A stretch of 64,000 nucleotides of DNA from the human T2T-CHM13v2.0 reference genome, Homo sapiens: NCBI RefSeq assembly GCF_009914755.1, contig NC_060940.1. One strand, 5' to 3'. Below the pieces are notes generated by a model, which worked only from the letters and a program-made list of their open reading frames with translations, had not been told where the DNA came from and searched no databases. Shown here piece after piece: positions 20,182 to 39,307 of the stretch. The translations under genes and the position numbers were made by a program. How positions within the stretch are numbered: the stretch's first letter is position 1; each line of letters begins with the position of its first letter.

Positions 20182-20451
20182 AGGTCTGTGCTGAGGAGAA
20201 AGCTGCTCTGCCTTCGAGGTGTACCCCGGGTCTGTGCTGAGCAGAACGCAGCTCCGCCCTCGCGGTGCCCCCGGCCCGCCCGCCCGGGTCTGTGCTGAGG
20301 AAAACACTGCTCCGCCTTCGCTGTATCTCCGAAGTCTGTGCAGAGGAGAACTCAGCTCGCCCTCACGATGCAATCTGGGTCTGTGCTGAGGAGAGCGCAG
20401 CTCCGCCCTCGCAAAGGCGCACAGCGCGGGCGCAGGCGCAGAGAGGCGCAC
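20182..20451 (+). repeat. Interstitial TAR1 (telomere-associated repeat) fragment: five ~46-bp units and one 29-bp subtelomeric unit
   Basis: gtctgtgc(t/a)gagga(g)aa..ctccgcc units start at 20184, 20230, 20288, 20334 and 20379. They are followed by gcaaaggcgc...ggcgcaggcgcagagaggcgc, as in the recalled human subtelomere sequence next to (CCCTAA)n. Confidence 0.92.
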
Positions 20452-22849
20452 ATTTTATGAATAGCAAATCAATTTCTCCCTGTTCCTCTTACATCGAGGC
20501 TGGACACACGTTTACAGGGGATCAGTGTGAAGGGAAGCTGGTGAGGCTGCCTGAGAAGCCCCCTGCCTGCGTCTCCCAGTGGACTCCTTGGGAGCGCCCC
20601 CTCCCCTGCTCTGCCCAACAGCGCCTGAACTGTGGCCACTTGCACTCCTGTTGCCTACCCAGTGGCTTGAACTCCAGAACTTGCCACCCTTCAGTGGAAT
20701 TCCTGGAGGAGTGAGGAGCTCTGTGCTATGCTTGGCCACCGAACATGGGCCATCTCTCCTATTATGGTTTGAAATGTACCGTAGTGTCTTGTTTGGTAAT
20801 TGTATAATAATATGGGGAGACTGTGCGGGTGTCTGCTAGCTTGTCTGCTGGTTCTTACTCATGGTGCCTTCTTCCCTTTCAGACTTGGATATCTTTGTGT
20901 GCTTCTTGGGGCCCTTGGAAGGGTGTCTGTGGGGTTTCCGTGAGGCCAAAGACAGAGGTTCCTTCTCACGAGGATGGTGTTTGCTTTCACATGGACAGCC
21001 CAGACCACCTGGAACCAAGTGCACAGAAGCCCCACCATCCCCGGGCCTCCCAGTTGTGATGGGTGAGCGGTCCAAGTCCGCAGGAGGCCAGAGGCTCTTT
21101 GTGGTTGAATCTGTGAGTTTCCTTTCCTTTTTCCCTCCCACTCCTTTTAATGCTAATGAATTCCTTGTTTGGGGGCAGGGGCCAGGGTTATCTCTTCTTC
21201 TGTCTTCACCCAAGGTGAGGCCTTTCAGGCTCCCAGCTTGATATGGGGGTGAATCCCCTATCAGCCTCCTCATACCTTGACCTCTGTCTACCCTCCTACT
21301 CCCTCCAAGGTCGAAGCCCAACTTGCCAGGTTGGCAAATGCTCACAGGCAACAATGGCCCCAGCGCTCCTCCCTAGGTTCTTGATTTTCCCCTGAAACTT
21401 GGCCTGGAGGTTTCCTACTAGCTTAGCAGCCCTTTGATGCTTTTAACGTAATTTTTTTATTATTTTATCCAAAATTCTTGCTTGTTTTAAGAGGGAAAGC
21501 AGGTCGGCCATTACTGCACAGAGAATCTGGGACAGTTATTATAACCATAGAAATTTATTTTCCATGTGCTGTCCCATCTTCTTGATGAGACAGATGTTTA
21601 ACAGCTGGAGAACTGGACCCCGTATTTGTCCCCATCTTGCCTAGCAACAGAAGGTAGTCACTAATCAGGGATTTTCGAGCCCATTGCTTAAGGCCTTCAT
21701 TGACCCAAAGGATAGTGGGTCCCTGCTCCTCTTCCTGCGGAGAGGCCCAGGTGCCCAGAGGGCCCTCCTGGCTTGGCTGCCTACAGAGTGGCTGATGAAG
21801 TGTCCGCTGTGCGCACAGGACACCCAGCCCCACTCCTCCCCAGGCAGCCCCTCAAACAGCTGTTGCTCTGCCTGCTTCGGCTGTGGACCTGAGGCTGAGA
21901 GGCTGAGCCATCGCCCTGAGCCGCATGCAGGGGAGTGGCAGGCCTGGACCCAGTGCCCAGACCTGGCTCACCTGACCTTACTTTTTCCACTGTGCCTGCT
22001 TCTCCCTCCCAGGCTCTGTGACCTTGGGCAGCCATGGCCATCCTGTGCCCATTCCCAGCTGTAAAATGAGAGGCTGGGCTGGCTGATCTCAAATGTCCCC
22101 TGCCAGCCTGAGATTCTGTGTTGTGTCCTGGGGTGTGACTGTGACATGCCACCAAAGGCAGCTGCCAGTGCTCATGAGGGAGGCCTTTTTCCTGAGTTAA
22201 GGCAGGTGGGGGGACTGGGGGTGAGTTGAGGGACTGGGAGGTGGGGGAAGCACACAGACAGTCCTCCCCAGCTGAGCGCTCATGGTGAATTACCTTCAGT
22301 CCCAGGCTCAGTGCTTTGGAAATGCTCTCAGGCCCAGCACCCAGGCCTGGAACCAGCCTCCAGGCCCCTGGCCCTCCCTTTCTCTACTGGAATCTTCCAG
22401 ACCGAGGCAGGTCAGCTGAAAGTCACCGACTCTGCCTTCCACAAACTCATAGCTGACAGACCATTCCATGTCCCCTCCCAGCCCCGTCCCAGGAGCGGAA
22501 CTCACTTTGCCTTCCCACCCTCCAGGCCGACTCACTGTCCGTCACTCTCTGGGTCCCACCCACTGTCCCACCGACTTCATTGGTCTAAAAATATGCTCTG
22601 GCATCTTGTTGGAAAGCAGCAGGAATGATGGGCCCTGCTGATAAGGTGAAGAAAGTGACCCGAGGGGGCAAACTTACGGACGGGACATACTTTGGCAAAA
22701 TAACAAAACAGCGGGACCTGAAGGCTGGCTTCCCAAGCGTCCTCAAGGCCTTGTGCCAGGAACAGGACCCTCGGGCTTAGGAAAGTGAAAACCAGGCTCA
22801 GGTCCCTCACCCAGACCCTTCTGCCCGCTTTGGGAGGGAGCCCAAGAAG

Positions 22850-23150
22850 TCAGCTAGGGAGGGACCTCCCGGTGGGACCTGAGTCCTGATTGGAACTTTC
22901 TGGGGGCTTTCTTGGCATTTTACGTGTGTTGTCACAACTCCTTGATGGGAGAATTAAGCATGGTCTGTGGGATTCCACTGGGAGAGGACCCCTAAAAGCC
23001 TGGGCCGGGCCTCCTCCCAATTTCACCCCATATGCCTTTCCCTTTGCTCATTATGCTTTGTGTCTTTTGCTGTAGTAAACCGTAGCCATGACTTTTGCAA
23101 GTCCTCCTAGATTAACACTGAACTTGGGGGTGGTTTTAGGGACCCTGACG
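22850..23150 (+). mobile_element. Old ERVL-type LTR fragment (MER68/MER77-like)
   Basis: ggattccactgggagaggacc...gcctttccctttgctcattatgctttgtgtc...gtcctcctag...gaacttgggggtggttttagggaccc. The subfamily is uncertain. Confidence 0.55.
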
Positions 23151-23154
23151 TACC

Positions 23155-25260
<2,106 letters not shown>

Positions 25261-26203
25261 CTCTCCCTTCATTTTCTCATTCATTTATTTTATTTTACTA
25301 TCATATATATATATATATATAATTTCATATTATCTTATTTTAGTTTTTAGAGACAGTGTCTTGCCCTGTCACCCAGGCTGGATTGCGGTGGTGTGATCAT
25401 AGTTCACTGCAGTATCAACCTCCTGGACTCAAGCGATCCTCCTGCCTGGGACTATAGGCATGCACCACCATGCCCAGCTAATCATCCATTTCTTTCTTTT
25501 TTTAAAACAAATTTTATGTTTATTTATTTATTTATTTGGATTTCTCCTACCGAAAGGAATCATTCTTTTTTTTTTTTTTTTTTTTTTGAGAGGGAGCCTT
25601 GCTCTGTTGCCCAGGCTGGAGTGCAGTGGCACAATCTCAGCTCACTGCAACCCCTATCTCCCAGGTTCAAGCCTCAGCCTTCTGCATAGCTGGGACTACA
25701 AGCGTGCGCCACCACACCCAGCTAGTTTTTGTGTTTTTTATTAGAGACAGAGTTTCACTATATGTTGGCTAGGCTGGTCTCGAACTCCTGACCTCAGCTG
25801 ATCCACCTGCTTCGGCCTCCCAAAGTGCTGGGATTACAGATGTGAACCACCACGCCTGACCCGAATCATTCATTTCTTTTCAAGTGGATATCTTACGGTA
25901 TTTTAGGGCATGGCTAGGAGCAGTTTTGTTTTCTCTTCTCAAGACAGAGTTTTTGTAGGATGTCATAGAGTTCATGTCTGCAGCTCACAGTGTCATTGCC
26001 TGTGTCCCCAGCTCCACGTACTGGCAGGTGTGCTGCAAGCTGGGCAGGTGCTCTGTGTCCGTGGGATACCTTACCCGACACTCCCGGCCCTCCTCTGCAA
26101 GCCGTGCCCTGATCCTCCCTGCAGGGACTGGGGATTGGGTCTGCTCACCCAGAAGCTGGGATACCTGGCTGAGGGCACTTCTCTCCCTCTTCTCTTTGAA
26201 CAG

Positions 26204-26332
26204 AGTGGCCGCAAACCCAAAGGTGCGGGAGCAAGTGCGGCTGGAGCTGAGCTTCGTCAACTCAGACCTGCAGATGCTCAAGGAAGAGCTGGAGGGGCTG
26301 AACATCTCAGTGGGCGTCTATCAGAACACAGA
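26204..26332 (+). pseudogene. RHPN2: RHPN2 pseudo-exon 3 (129 nt, HR1/REM-1 C-terminal part)
   Basis: cag|A GTG GCC... [42 protein letters not shown](E)|gtaagt. Confidence 0.95.
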
Positions 26333-27510
26333 GTAAGTGGGAGCAGCACACCTTCCAGAAGCCTCTGAGCCAGAGATCCTTCATACATCCAGGGTATGAA
26401 GAGGTACCTGGGTACGAACCCTATCTGCACAGAGGCTAGATAGGGTTCTAGACTGGGGTGTGGCAGCCCCAACTTTGGGAAGTGAGAGAACCATCAGCTT
26501 TGGGGTTGAGTGAGGTGCTAGACTGGAAGGGATGAGCCCATTTGTTGGGAAATATCTGCAGTGTTGAACAAAAAGGCATTTGTGAGGCCGGGCACAGTGG
26601 CTCACTCCCATAATCCCAACACTTTGGGAGGCTGAGGCATGTGGATCACCTGAGGTCAGGAGTTCGAGACCAGTCTGGCCAACATGGTGAAACCCCGTCT
26701 CTACTAAAAATAAAAAAAATAGCCGGACATGGTGGTGCACACTTGTAATCCTGGCTTCTCAGAGGCTGAGACAGAATTGCTTGAACCCGGGAGCTGGACA
26801 TTTCAGTGAGCCGAGATCACACTACTGTACTCCAGCCCGGCTGACAGAGCAAGACTCTGTCTCAAAACAGACAAACAGACAAAAAAAAAAAAAAAACAAA
26901 TGAAGACAGTATAAAATCTAGTGTAAATATATGTGATGAACCAAGATAAGTTTAAAAGTTAGATGCCTTGGATTTTATAGTTAATTTTCAGTAATTCCGC
27001 ATAGTCACATTTCATAGACATGCAAACATTAGCAAGATATGTTATTAAATTCAACTGAACAGACATTGAGCAAGGATATTTTAGTGAGTCACCATAATTT
27101 TCCTAAGGACATTGTTAGGACAATACCTTTCCAATGTTGGCTAATTATTTTCTCATTTATTTGCCAAGGAACAAAAAGCATACGCAAATACTTCGGGATT
27201 AAGGCCAAAGGCCAAAATTGACCCTGTAAGGGGAGGCCACTATGCACACACAGAGATTCTGTGCACTGTACTTACGTTGGACTGCAGTCTGTTTCCTAGC
27301 TGGAGGTGACAAACTGAAACAGAAAAATCCAAATTAAAACAAAGTAACACACCAGTCTCCTTTTAAGGTTGTATTTCTTTTTTTTTTTTTTTTTTTTTTT
27401 TGACACAGAGTCTCCCTCTCTCACCCAGGTTGGAGTGCAGTGGCGAGATCTCAGCTCACTGCAATCTCCACCTCCTGGGTTCAAGCGAATCTTGTGCCTC
27501 AGCCACCTGA

Positions 27511-27708
<198 letters not shown>

Positions 27709-29831
27709 TGAAGGCACTTTATCATATCATTCTCCATAACTCAATTTTGGAATCGATTTCTGCAAGGTGAAAGCCAACAACACCATCCCTCAGAATTGCA
27801 ATACATCTCCAAAAATGGAGATCTAACTATGAAAGAAATGCCCCTCTTGCCTCATGCCTGTAATCCCAGCTCCTCAGGAGGCTGAGGTGGGGGATCGCTT
27901 GAGCCCAGGAGTTCAAGGCCAGCCTGGGCAACTTAGTGAAACCCCATCTCTACAAAAAATAGGAAAATTAGCCGGGCATGGTGGTGCACACCTGTAGTCC
28001 CAGCTACTCAGAAGGCTGAGGTGGGAAGATCACTTGAGCCAGGGAGGTCGAGACTGCAGTAATGGCAACAGAAAGAAGTCCTGTCTCAAAAAACACAAAA
28101 ACAAAACCAAACCCTAAGTGAAATGCTTCTTTTTAAGGAGAAATAACTTTGAGACAGTTCAAAGAAGGGTTTACGTGCTTTTTCAGTGTGGGCATGAGAC
28201 TTCTCAAAAAGTAGGTGGGCCCCAGGGGAAACTCAGTTGGAAAATAGCTCCCTGGATTTGGAAACCTTGAGTCACCTATGGAATGTGTGTTTCCTGGTGC
28301 TGGTCCTCCACAGGGCACCGGGGTGGTTTCAGAGCTGGAGGGGAAGCGTCAGAAGTGTCTGTCATGGATATGCTTTGAAATTTAAAACTTACATCCTCTT
28401 TTATTAATAGCGTATTTTTTTCTTAAATCATGTATCCAGTTTAGGTTATGTCTTTGGAAGAATAGCTAAAGTTTTTTCTCTAACATTTTATTATGAAAAT
28501 TTCCAAACTTTTCAAAAAATTTTAAGAATTTTCTAGCAAACCCCTGTGTACTCACTTCTTCCAAGAACATACTATCAGCATTGCTTCCTGACATATTTGT
28601 CCATCTGTGTATTCTTGTGTCTGTTAGGTTGGTTTGAAGGTAATTGCAGTTTTTGCCATTGAAAGTAATGGCTAAAGGCTGGGCACAGTGGCTCATGCCT
28701 GTAATCACAGCACTTTGGGAAGCTGAAGCAGGCAGATCACTTGAGCTCAGGAGTTGAAGACCAGGCTGGCTAAAATGGTAAAACCCCTGTCTCTACCAAA
28801 CGTACAGAAATTAGCTGGACGTGGTGGTGCACACCTGTAATCCCAGTTACTGGAGAGGCTGAGGCAGGTGAATCATTCGAACCTGGGAGGTAGAGGTGGA
28901 GGTTGCAGGGAGCCAAGATCATGCATGCCACTGCCCTCCAGCCTGGGTGACAGAGTGAGATCCCATCTCAAAAAAAAAAAAAAATTAACTGGGCATAGTG
29001 GCATTTGCCTGTAATCCCAGTTACTCAAGAGGCTGAGGCATGAGAGAGGCGCTTGAACCCAGGAGGCAGAGGATGCAGTGAGCTGAGATTGTGCCACTGC
29101 ACTCCAGCCTGGGCAACAGTGAAACTGTCTCAAAAAAAAAAAAAAAGAGAATGAAATTAATGGCTAATATCAGTCTGTCTTATTTGTGATGCAATTTCAA
29201 AGGAAATCAAAGATGTCAATTCACTCCCATTAAATATTTGAATAACCAGAGTCTTTGCTTGTGTGTCCCCCTGCCACATTCCTGGGTATCTGGACTCCTC
29301 TCCCATTTGGCAGATCCTCATAAGCCCACCTGTGCCTGGCACTGTGCTGGGTGCCAGAGGTGCCACAAGCCCTGCCTGCGGGGCCCTTGGGTCAGTGGGG
29401 GATTCAAGTGGGAAGTGGAAGGGGTGCTTCAATGGAGAACACAGGAGAGACCATGCCCCAATGCTGGGGCTGGGAGACCATCCTGTGCCTGGAATACCCT
29501 CCTCTTCCTTCCCTCTTCAACTCCATCAATTTGAGTTTTTAACCAGTCGCCTCCAAATTCCATCAAGGAGGGGAAAGGGGATGAGGTGCAGGGTGGCCCA
29601 AGTTTGCATCATGCAGCCCAGGCATTGGTTATAGGAATTAATCCTAGCATCACGAAAATTGCTTCGAAGAAATATTTTATGTTCTTTTTTTTTCTTTTTC
29701 TTTATTATTTTGAGACAGAGTCTCACTGTTTCACCCAGGCTGGCATGCAGTGGCATGATCTTGGCTCACTGCAACCCCTGCCTCCTGGGCTCAGTTGATC
29801 CTTCCACTTCAGCCTCCTGAGTAGCTGGTAA

Positions 29832-30434
<603 letters not shown>

Positions 30435-31067
30435 TGAGCTGGAGTTTCGCTCTTGTTGCCCAGGCTGGAGGGCAGTGACGGCCATCTCAGCTCACTGCAA
30501 CCTCCACCTCCCAGGTTCAAGTGATTCTCCTGCCTCAGCCTCCTGAGTAGGTGGGATTACAGGCACCCGCCATCATGCCTGGCTAATTTGTGTTTTTAGT
30601 AGAGATGGGGTTTCACTATGTTGGCCAGGCTGGTCTCGTACTCTATCCACCCGCCTCGGCCTCCCAAAGTGCTGGGATTACAGGTGTGAGCCACCGCTCC
30701 TGGCCAACTACTACTTTTAAAAGCAATTGGTTAATACTTTGGAAGCACTTGACCTTCATTCTCAGAGACGGTGAGTTGTTTGACATAAATAGAGGCCTTT
30801 TTGACTGCTGCCTTGCTTAAATCCTGTGAGTTTGGGGTTTATTTTGGGACTGGAGAAGGGAAGTTGGTATTCTGAGTGTTTCAGGACTCAAGTTTACCAG
30901 AAAGTTTATGTTCTGGGTAGAAAGCAATGAAAACAATCCAGGAATTGCAGCTTTATGCCACACTGCCACAGCCTGCCTGAACTTTTACGTGAGACTTATG
31001 CCCAGATGCAATGGTTCACACCTATAATCTTAGCACTTTGGGAGGCTGAGGCAAGAGGACAGCTTGA

Positions 31068-31247
<180 letters not shown>

Positions 31248-32022
31248 TGAGCAGCTGGGACTACAGGCATGCACCACCATGGCCAACTAATTTTTGCGTG
31301 TATATATGTATATTTTTTTGAGATGAAGCCTCATTCTGTCGCCCAGGCTGGAGTACAGTGGCGTGATCTCGGCTCACTGCAAACTCCACCTCCCAGGTTC
31401 AAGCAATTCTCTGCCTCAGCCTCCTGAGTAGCTGGGGTTTTTCAGGAACCCACCACCACGCCGGCTAATTTTTGTATTTTTAGTAGAGACAGAGTTTCAC
31501 CATCCTGGCCAGGCTGGTCTTGAACTCCTGACCTCATGATCCACCTGCCTCGGCCTCTCAGAGTGCTGGGATTAGAGGTGTGAGCCACTGCGCCAGGCTA
31601 ATTTTTGTATTTTTAGTAGAGACAGGGTTTCACCATCCTGGCCAGGCTGGTCTTGAACTCCTGACCTCAGGTGATCTGCCCACCTTGGCCTTCCAAAGTA
31701 CTGGGATTACAGGCATCAGCCACCATGCACAGTCATCTCTTTCTCTCTCTCTCTTTTTTTTTTTTCTTTTTTAAGAGATGGGGTCTCCTCACTATGATGC
31801 CCAGGCTGGTCTTCAGCTCCTGGCCGCAAGCGATCTTCCTGCTTCCACCTCCAGCAAAAGTGCTGAGATTATAGATGTGAGCCACCACACCCAGCCCCAT
31901 CTCTATTTTTATTTAAAATATATGTGTGTATATATAAATGCAAAAATAGATGTGACTTGCCACTGGTCTGTGGGACTCAAAACAATCCACCTGTTTGGAA
32001 ATGTCTGTTGCTGCTATTGTAG

Positions 32023-32287
<265 letters not shown>

Positions 32288-32782
32288 TGAACTCCTGACC
32301 TCAGATGATCCGCCTGCCTCAACCTCCCAAAGTGCTGGGATTACAGGCATGAGCCACTGCGTCCGGCCAAGAATGCAAGCATTTCAAAGGAAGAGTCTCT
32401 TGGAGAAACTTAGGAATTTTATAGGCATTTTTAAGGATTCAACTGGGTCATGTTCTGAATTCCACATTAAAGCAAATGAAAATATTCACATGTTGTGGAC
32501 ATGGCCAACTGCCATTCGGCACAGGCTTCCAACCATGTCATTTTAGCCTAAAAGAGACTCTACAAATGTCAGTCATATGAAAATGAGAACGTTTGAGGGA
32601 TTTTCTGTTGTATTTTTTCCCTTCTATATTTGAGAGAAACACAGGTACTGCAGAAGTGGTTCAGCAGACTGAATTAGAGCAATTCCATTTCAAATGTGAC
32701 TTGTGTGTCCGTGTGATTTTTTTAATAATCAGTGAAGCTTCACAGTGTGATTTTGTTTTATTTTATGTATTTATTTATTTAG

Positions 32783-32887
<105 letters not shown>

Positions 32888-33297
32888 TGAGTACCTGGGA
32901 TTACAGGCATCCACCGCCACACCCAGCTAATTTTTATATTTTTAGTAGAGACAGGGTTTCACCATGTTGGCCAGGCTGTTCTCGAACTCCTGACCTCAAG
33001 TGATCCACCCGCCTCAGCTTCCCAAAGTGTTGGGATTACAGGCGTGAGCCACTGCAGCTGGCTGATTTTGTTTTATTTTGAGGAAATAGGGCCAGGGACA
33101 GTGGCTCACACCTTTAGTCCCAGCTACTTAGGAGGCTGAGGTGGCTTGCTTGAGCCCAAGAGGTCGAGGCTGCAGTCAGCTGTGATTGAGCCCCTGCAGT
33201 CCATCCTGGAAAACAGAATGATACCTTGTCTCATAAAAAAAAAAAAAAAAAATTCGAATCAATGAAAGAAAATGAAATCACATCTGTTCTTCGGTAA

Positions 33298-33633
<336 letters not shown>

Positions 33634-34034
33634 TGATCCGCCTACCTCAGCCTTGAAAACTGCCAGGATTACAGATGTGAGCCACCACACCTGGCTGTCT
33701 GTTAAGTTTTTCTAATTGGTTATTGCTTGTATAAGAAAGGAAAAATATTGACTTTTCTTTTTTACTATTGACTTTCATGTGTTAACTTCTTTGCCACTTT
33801 ATTGAATTCTTATTAATTTAGTAATGTTTCAGTTGATGCTATTGGGTTTTATAAACATGCTGTTGTGTTGCAAAAAATTATTTTGTTTCTTTCCAAGATT
33901 TTATGTCTCTTATTTTTCTTAATGTGTGGGCTAGAGAATGTTTGGAATTAGGCTAAGTAATAACAGTGATGGTAGAAATTCTCATTTTGTCCCTAATGTT
34001 TACAGTGGGTTTCAGTTAGGATTTTTTTTTTTAG

Positions 34035-34250
<216 letters not shown>

Positions 34251-34457
34251 TGATCCACCTGCCTCGGCCTCCCAAAGTGCTGAGATTACAGGGGTGAGCC
34301 ACCGTGCCTGGCCAGTTAGATAATTTTTTTTATCCCACTAAGTACATTAATCTACCCTAGTTTACTAAGTTTCAAATTCAGGATCACATATATAATTTAA
34401 TCAAAATCCTCTTTGACTTTTATGAGGTGAACATAAGATTGGAGTGCAGTGACGTGA

Positions 34458-34655
<198 letters not shown>

Positions 34656-34706
34656 TGACCCCTTTTAACCACCATGCCCAGCTATTTTATTTTTTTATTT
34701 TTTTAA

Positions 34707-34910
<204 letters not shown>

Positions 34911-35841
34911 TGAGGTGGGAGGATCACCTGAGGCCAGGAGTCCAAGACCAGCCTAGGCAACATAGGAAGACTCTGTCTTTACGAAAAATAACAATATTAG
35001 CTGAGTGTGATGGTGCAGACCTATAGTCCCCTCTACTGGAGAAGCTGAAGTGGGAGGATGACTTGAGCTCAGGAGTTCAAGGCTGCAGTGAGCTATGATT
35101 GCACCATTGCACTCCACCCTGGACGACAGAGCGAGACCCTCATCTCTTAAAAAAAGAAAAAGAAGGCACAGCAAAGTTGTATATTTAGTACAAATCCATT
35201 TTTGTAAGACAAGTGTTTGTCTGTGTGTCTGTACGTTGAACACACAAAAACAGGAGGAGCTTTAATGTAGAAGTTGTGTAAAGAGGTTACACAGTCACTT
35301 GGGAAGACATAATTGAGCGATCTATGTGATCACCTTTCTTGCAGCTTGGGGGAGCCAGCACTTGTAGGGGCAGCGGTGGGGTGACGGGGCAAAACCCCAT
35401 CTCTATTAAAAAATACAAAAATGAAATTAGCTTGTGGCACGTGCCTGTGGTCCCAGCTACTTGGGAGGCTGAAGTAGGAGGATTACTTGAGCCCAGAGAA
35501 GTCGAGGCTGCGGTGAGCCGCGATCGCACCACTGCACTCCAGCCTAGGCAACCACGTCAGACCCTGCCTCAAAGATAAAATAAAATAAAATGCCTTTATA
35601 ACATGGTTAAGGGTCTTCTTGGCAAAGGAAACCTGTATCAGGGGACTGTTATGACAGTCCTACCCTCAGGGTCTGTGCTGGGAAACTTGTCCAGGTCCTG
35701 AGGGAGGCCCAGAATTGCAAGTCTGAGCCCCTGAATATCTGCAGTGTTTGCAGTATGGTTGAATGTATAGTCCATAGACTAGTCTCAAACTCCTGGGCTC
35801 AAGTGATTTACCTGCCCTGTCTTCACAAAGTGCTGGGATTA

Positions 35842-36455
<614 letters not shown>

Positions 36456-36645
36456 CTACAGAGCAAGACTCCATATAAAAAAAACTACATAAATTAAGAA
36501 AATAAATTCCCCCACTTTGAAAATCACTGTAAGTTTTTCTTTATTCTGCCTTTTTAGAAACAGGTTCACAATTGACATATTACTGTTATGCACATACATG
36601 GTTTTCAATCACATTTTATAGTATCTAACCTCACTTTTCTTTAAG

Positions 36646-36723
36646 GATTTTATCCTGGAACATTACAGTGAAGATGGCTATTTATATGAAGATGAAATCA
36701 CAGATCTTATGGATCTGAGACAA
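36646..36723 (+). pseudogene. RHPN2: RHPN2 pseudo-exon 5 (78 nt)
   Basis: aag|[26 protein letters not shown]|gtaagt. Confidence 0.95.
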
Positions 36724-36916
36724 GTAAGTTTTTGTGTGCAGCAGAGAGGGGAGGGTAGCTTTTCCAAGTTTTCAGGGAACCCCATTATTGCACGCTTGTG
36801 GTCTTAACAGAATCATGGGCAGATTGAGGTGATGGCTGGGGGGTGCTGGAATCATCCATTCCATTTGCTGCATAAGAAAACTGTAGAAGGAGGCCGGGTG
36901 CGGTGGTTCACGCCTA

Positions 36917-37177
<261 letters not shown>

Positions 37178-37180
37178 CTA

Positions 37181-37513
<333 letters not shown>

Positions 37514-37563
37514 TCAGCTGTGTCCTCCTCTGCTCATGCCCTCTGGGGTTCTTTTCCTCGCAG

Positions 37564-37688
37564 GCTTGTCGGACGCCCAGCCGGGATGAGGCCAGGGTGG
37601 AACTGCTGATGACATACTTCATCCAGCTGGGCTTTGTTGAGAATCGATTATTCCCACCCACATGGCAGATGGGATTCCTGTTCACCTG
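37564..37688 (+). pseudogene. RHPN2: RHPN2 pseudo-exon 6 (125 nt)
   Basis: cag|ACRTPSRDEARVELLMTYFIQLGFVENRLFPPTWQMGFLFT(W)|gtaggt. Confidence 0.95.
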
Positions 37689-37762
37689 GTAGGTGCTGGA
37701 GGTCTGCGCTGGCGCTTCACGTGTTATGGCAGCCACAGTTTTGGAGCCTCAGCATCACAGAC

Positions 37763-37863
37763 GCCCCTCTGTGGGCACCTCAGCCCCTTTTCCTATCTTG
37801 CATTTTTCCGGGGTGCACCCCTGTGCACCTCAGCCCCCTTTCCTATCTTGCATTTATCCAGGG
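37763..37863. repeat. 50-bp tandem duplication
   Basis: gcacctcagcccc(t/c)tttcctatcttgcattt(t/a)tcc(g/a)ggg starts at 37775 and again at 37825. Confidence 0.85.
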
Positions 37864-38075
37864 AAGTCTAGAAAGGTGTCAATACATTGGTATTTATTTA
37901 TGAAGGTGATCCGAGGGAGATGGCCCCAACAGACTGTGGCCTCTTGCTTCTCAGAACAAGTGAGCCAAGGAGAGGAGACATTTTTCTTGCTTGTTGTATC
38001 ACTGGGGAAGCACAGGGCTCTGAAGTGGAATTAGCCAGAAGCAAGATTCTTGTCTCAGATTGGACTGGGGCATGC

Positions 38076-38091
38076 GTGTGTATGTGTGAGT

Positions 38092-38142
<51 letters not shown>
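38076..38142. repeat. (GT)/(GA)n microsatellite
   Basis: gtgtgtatgtgtgagtgagt followed by ~23 GA units. Confidence 0.95.
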
Positions 38143-38146
<4 letters not shown>

Positions 38147-38638
38147 TCAGGTCTTGTCCAGTGAGACAAAAGCACCAAACAGAAATAGATCAGGTTTCTT
38201 TTGAAACGGGGTCTCACTGTGTTGCCCAGGCTAGTCTTGAATTCCTGGGCTCAGGTGATATTTCTGCCTCAGCCTCCTGAGTAGCTGGGACTATAGGCAT
38301 GAGCTACACACTCAGCTTAGATCAGATTTAAAAAATGGAAGTAGAGGATTTGATTCTTCTCCACAATTGGTATTTTCAGACAAGATCAGGCATGTCAGGG
38401 TGGTATGGCCGTAGACCCAGTTGGTGTTTTCAAAGATTAGTATACTTTAAATACTTGGGGGGCTGGGTACAGTGGCTTTCATGCCTATATTGCCAACACT
38501 TTGGGAGGCTGAGGCAAGCAGATCACTTGAGCCCAGGAGTTTGAGACCAGCCTGGGCAACGTGGCAAAAACCCATATCTACAAACAATACAAAAATTTGC
38601 TGGGTACGATGGTATGCACCTGTAGTCCCAGGTACTCA

Positions 38639-38743
<105 letters not shown>

Positions 38744-38781
38744 TCAAAAAAGAAAAAAAAAAGGCTGAGTGCGGTGGTTCA

Positions 38782-39307
<526 letters not shown>

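Noticed and set aside
20184-20420. CRISPR-like repeat array
   Set aside because: These are degenerate tandem TAR1 units without unique spacers, in primate DNA with no cas genes.
20143-20451. 102-aa minus-strand ORF across TAR1 as a fusion N-terminus for CHEK2 exons
   Set aside because: It starts at GTG, is repeat-derived, and reaches the candidate donor in phase 1, whereas exon 11 is phase 0. The nearby ATG frame stops after ~33 codons.
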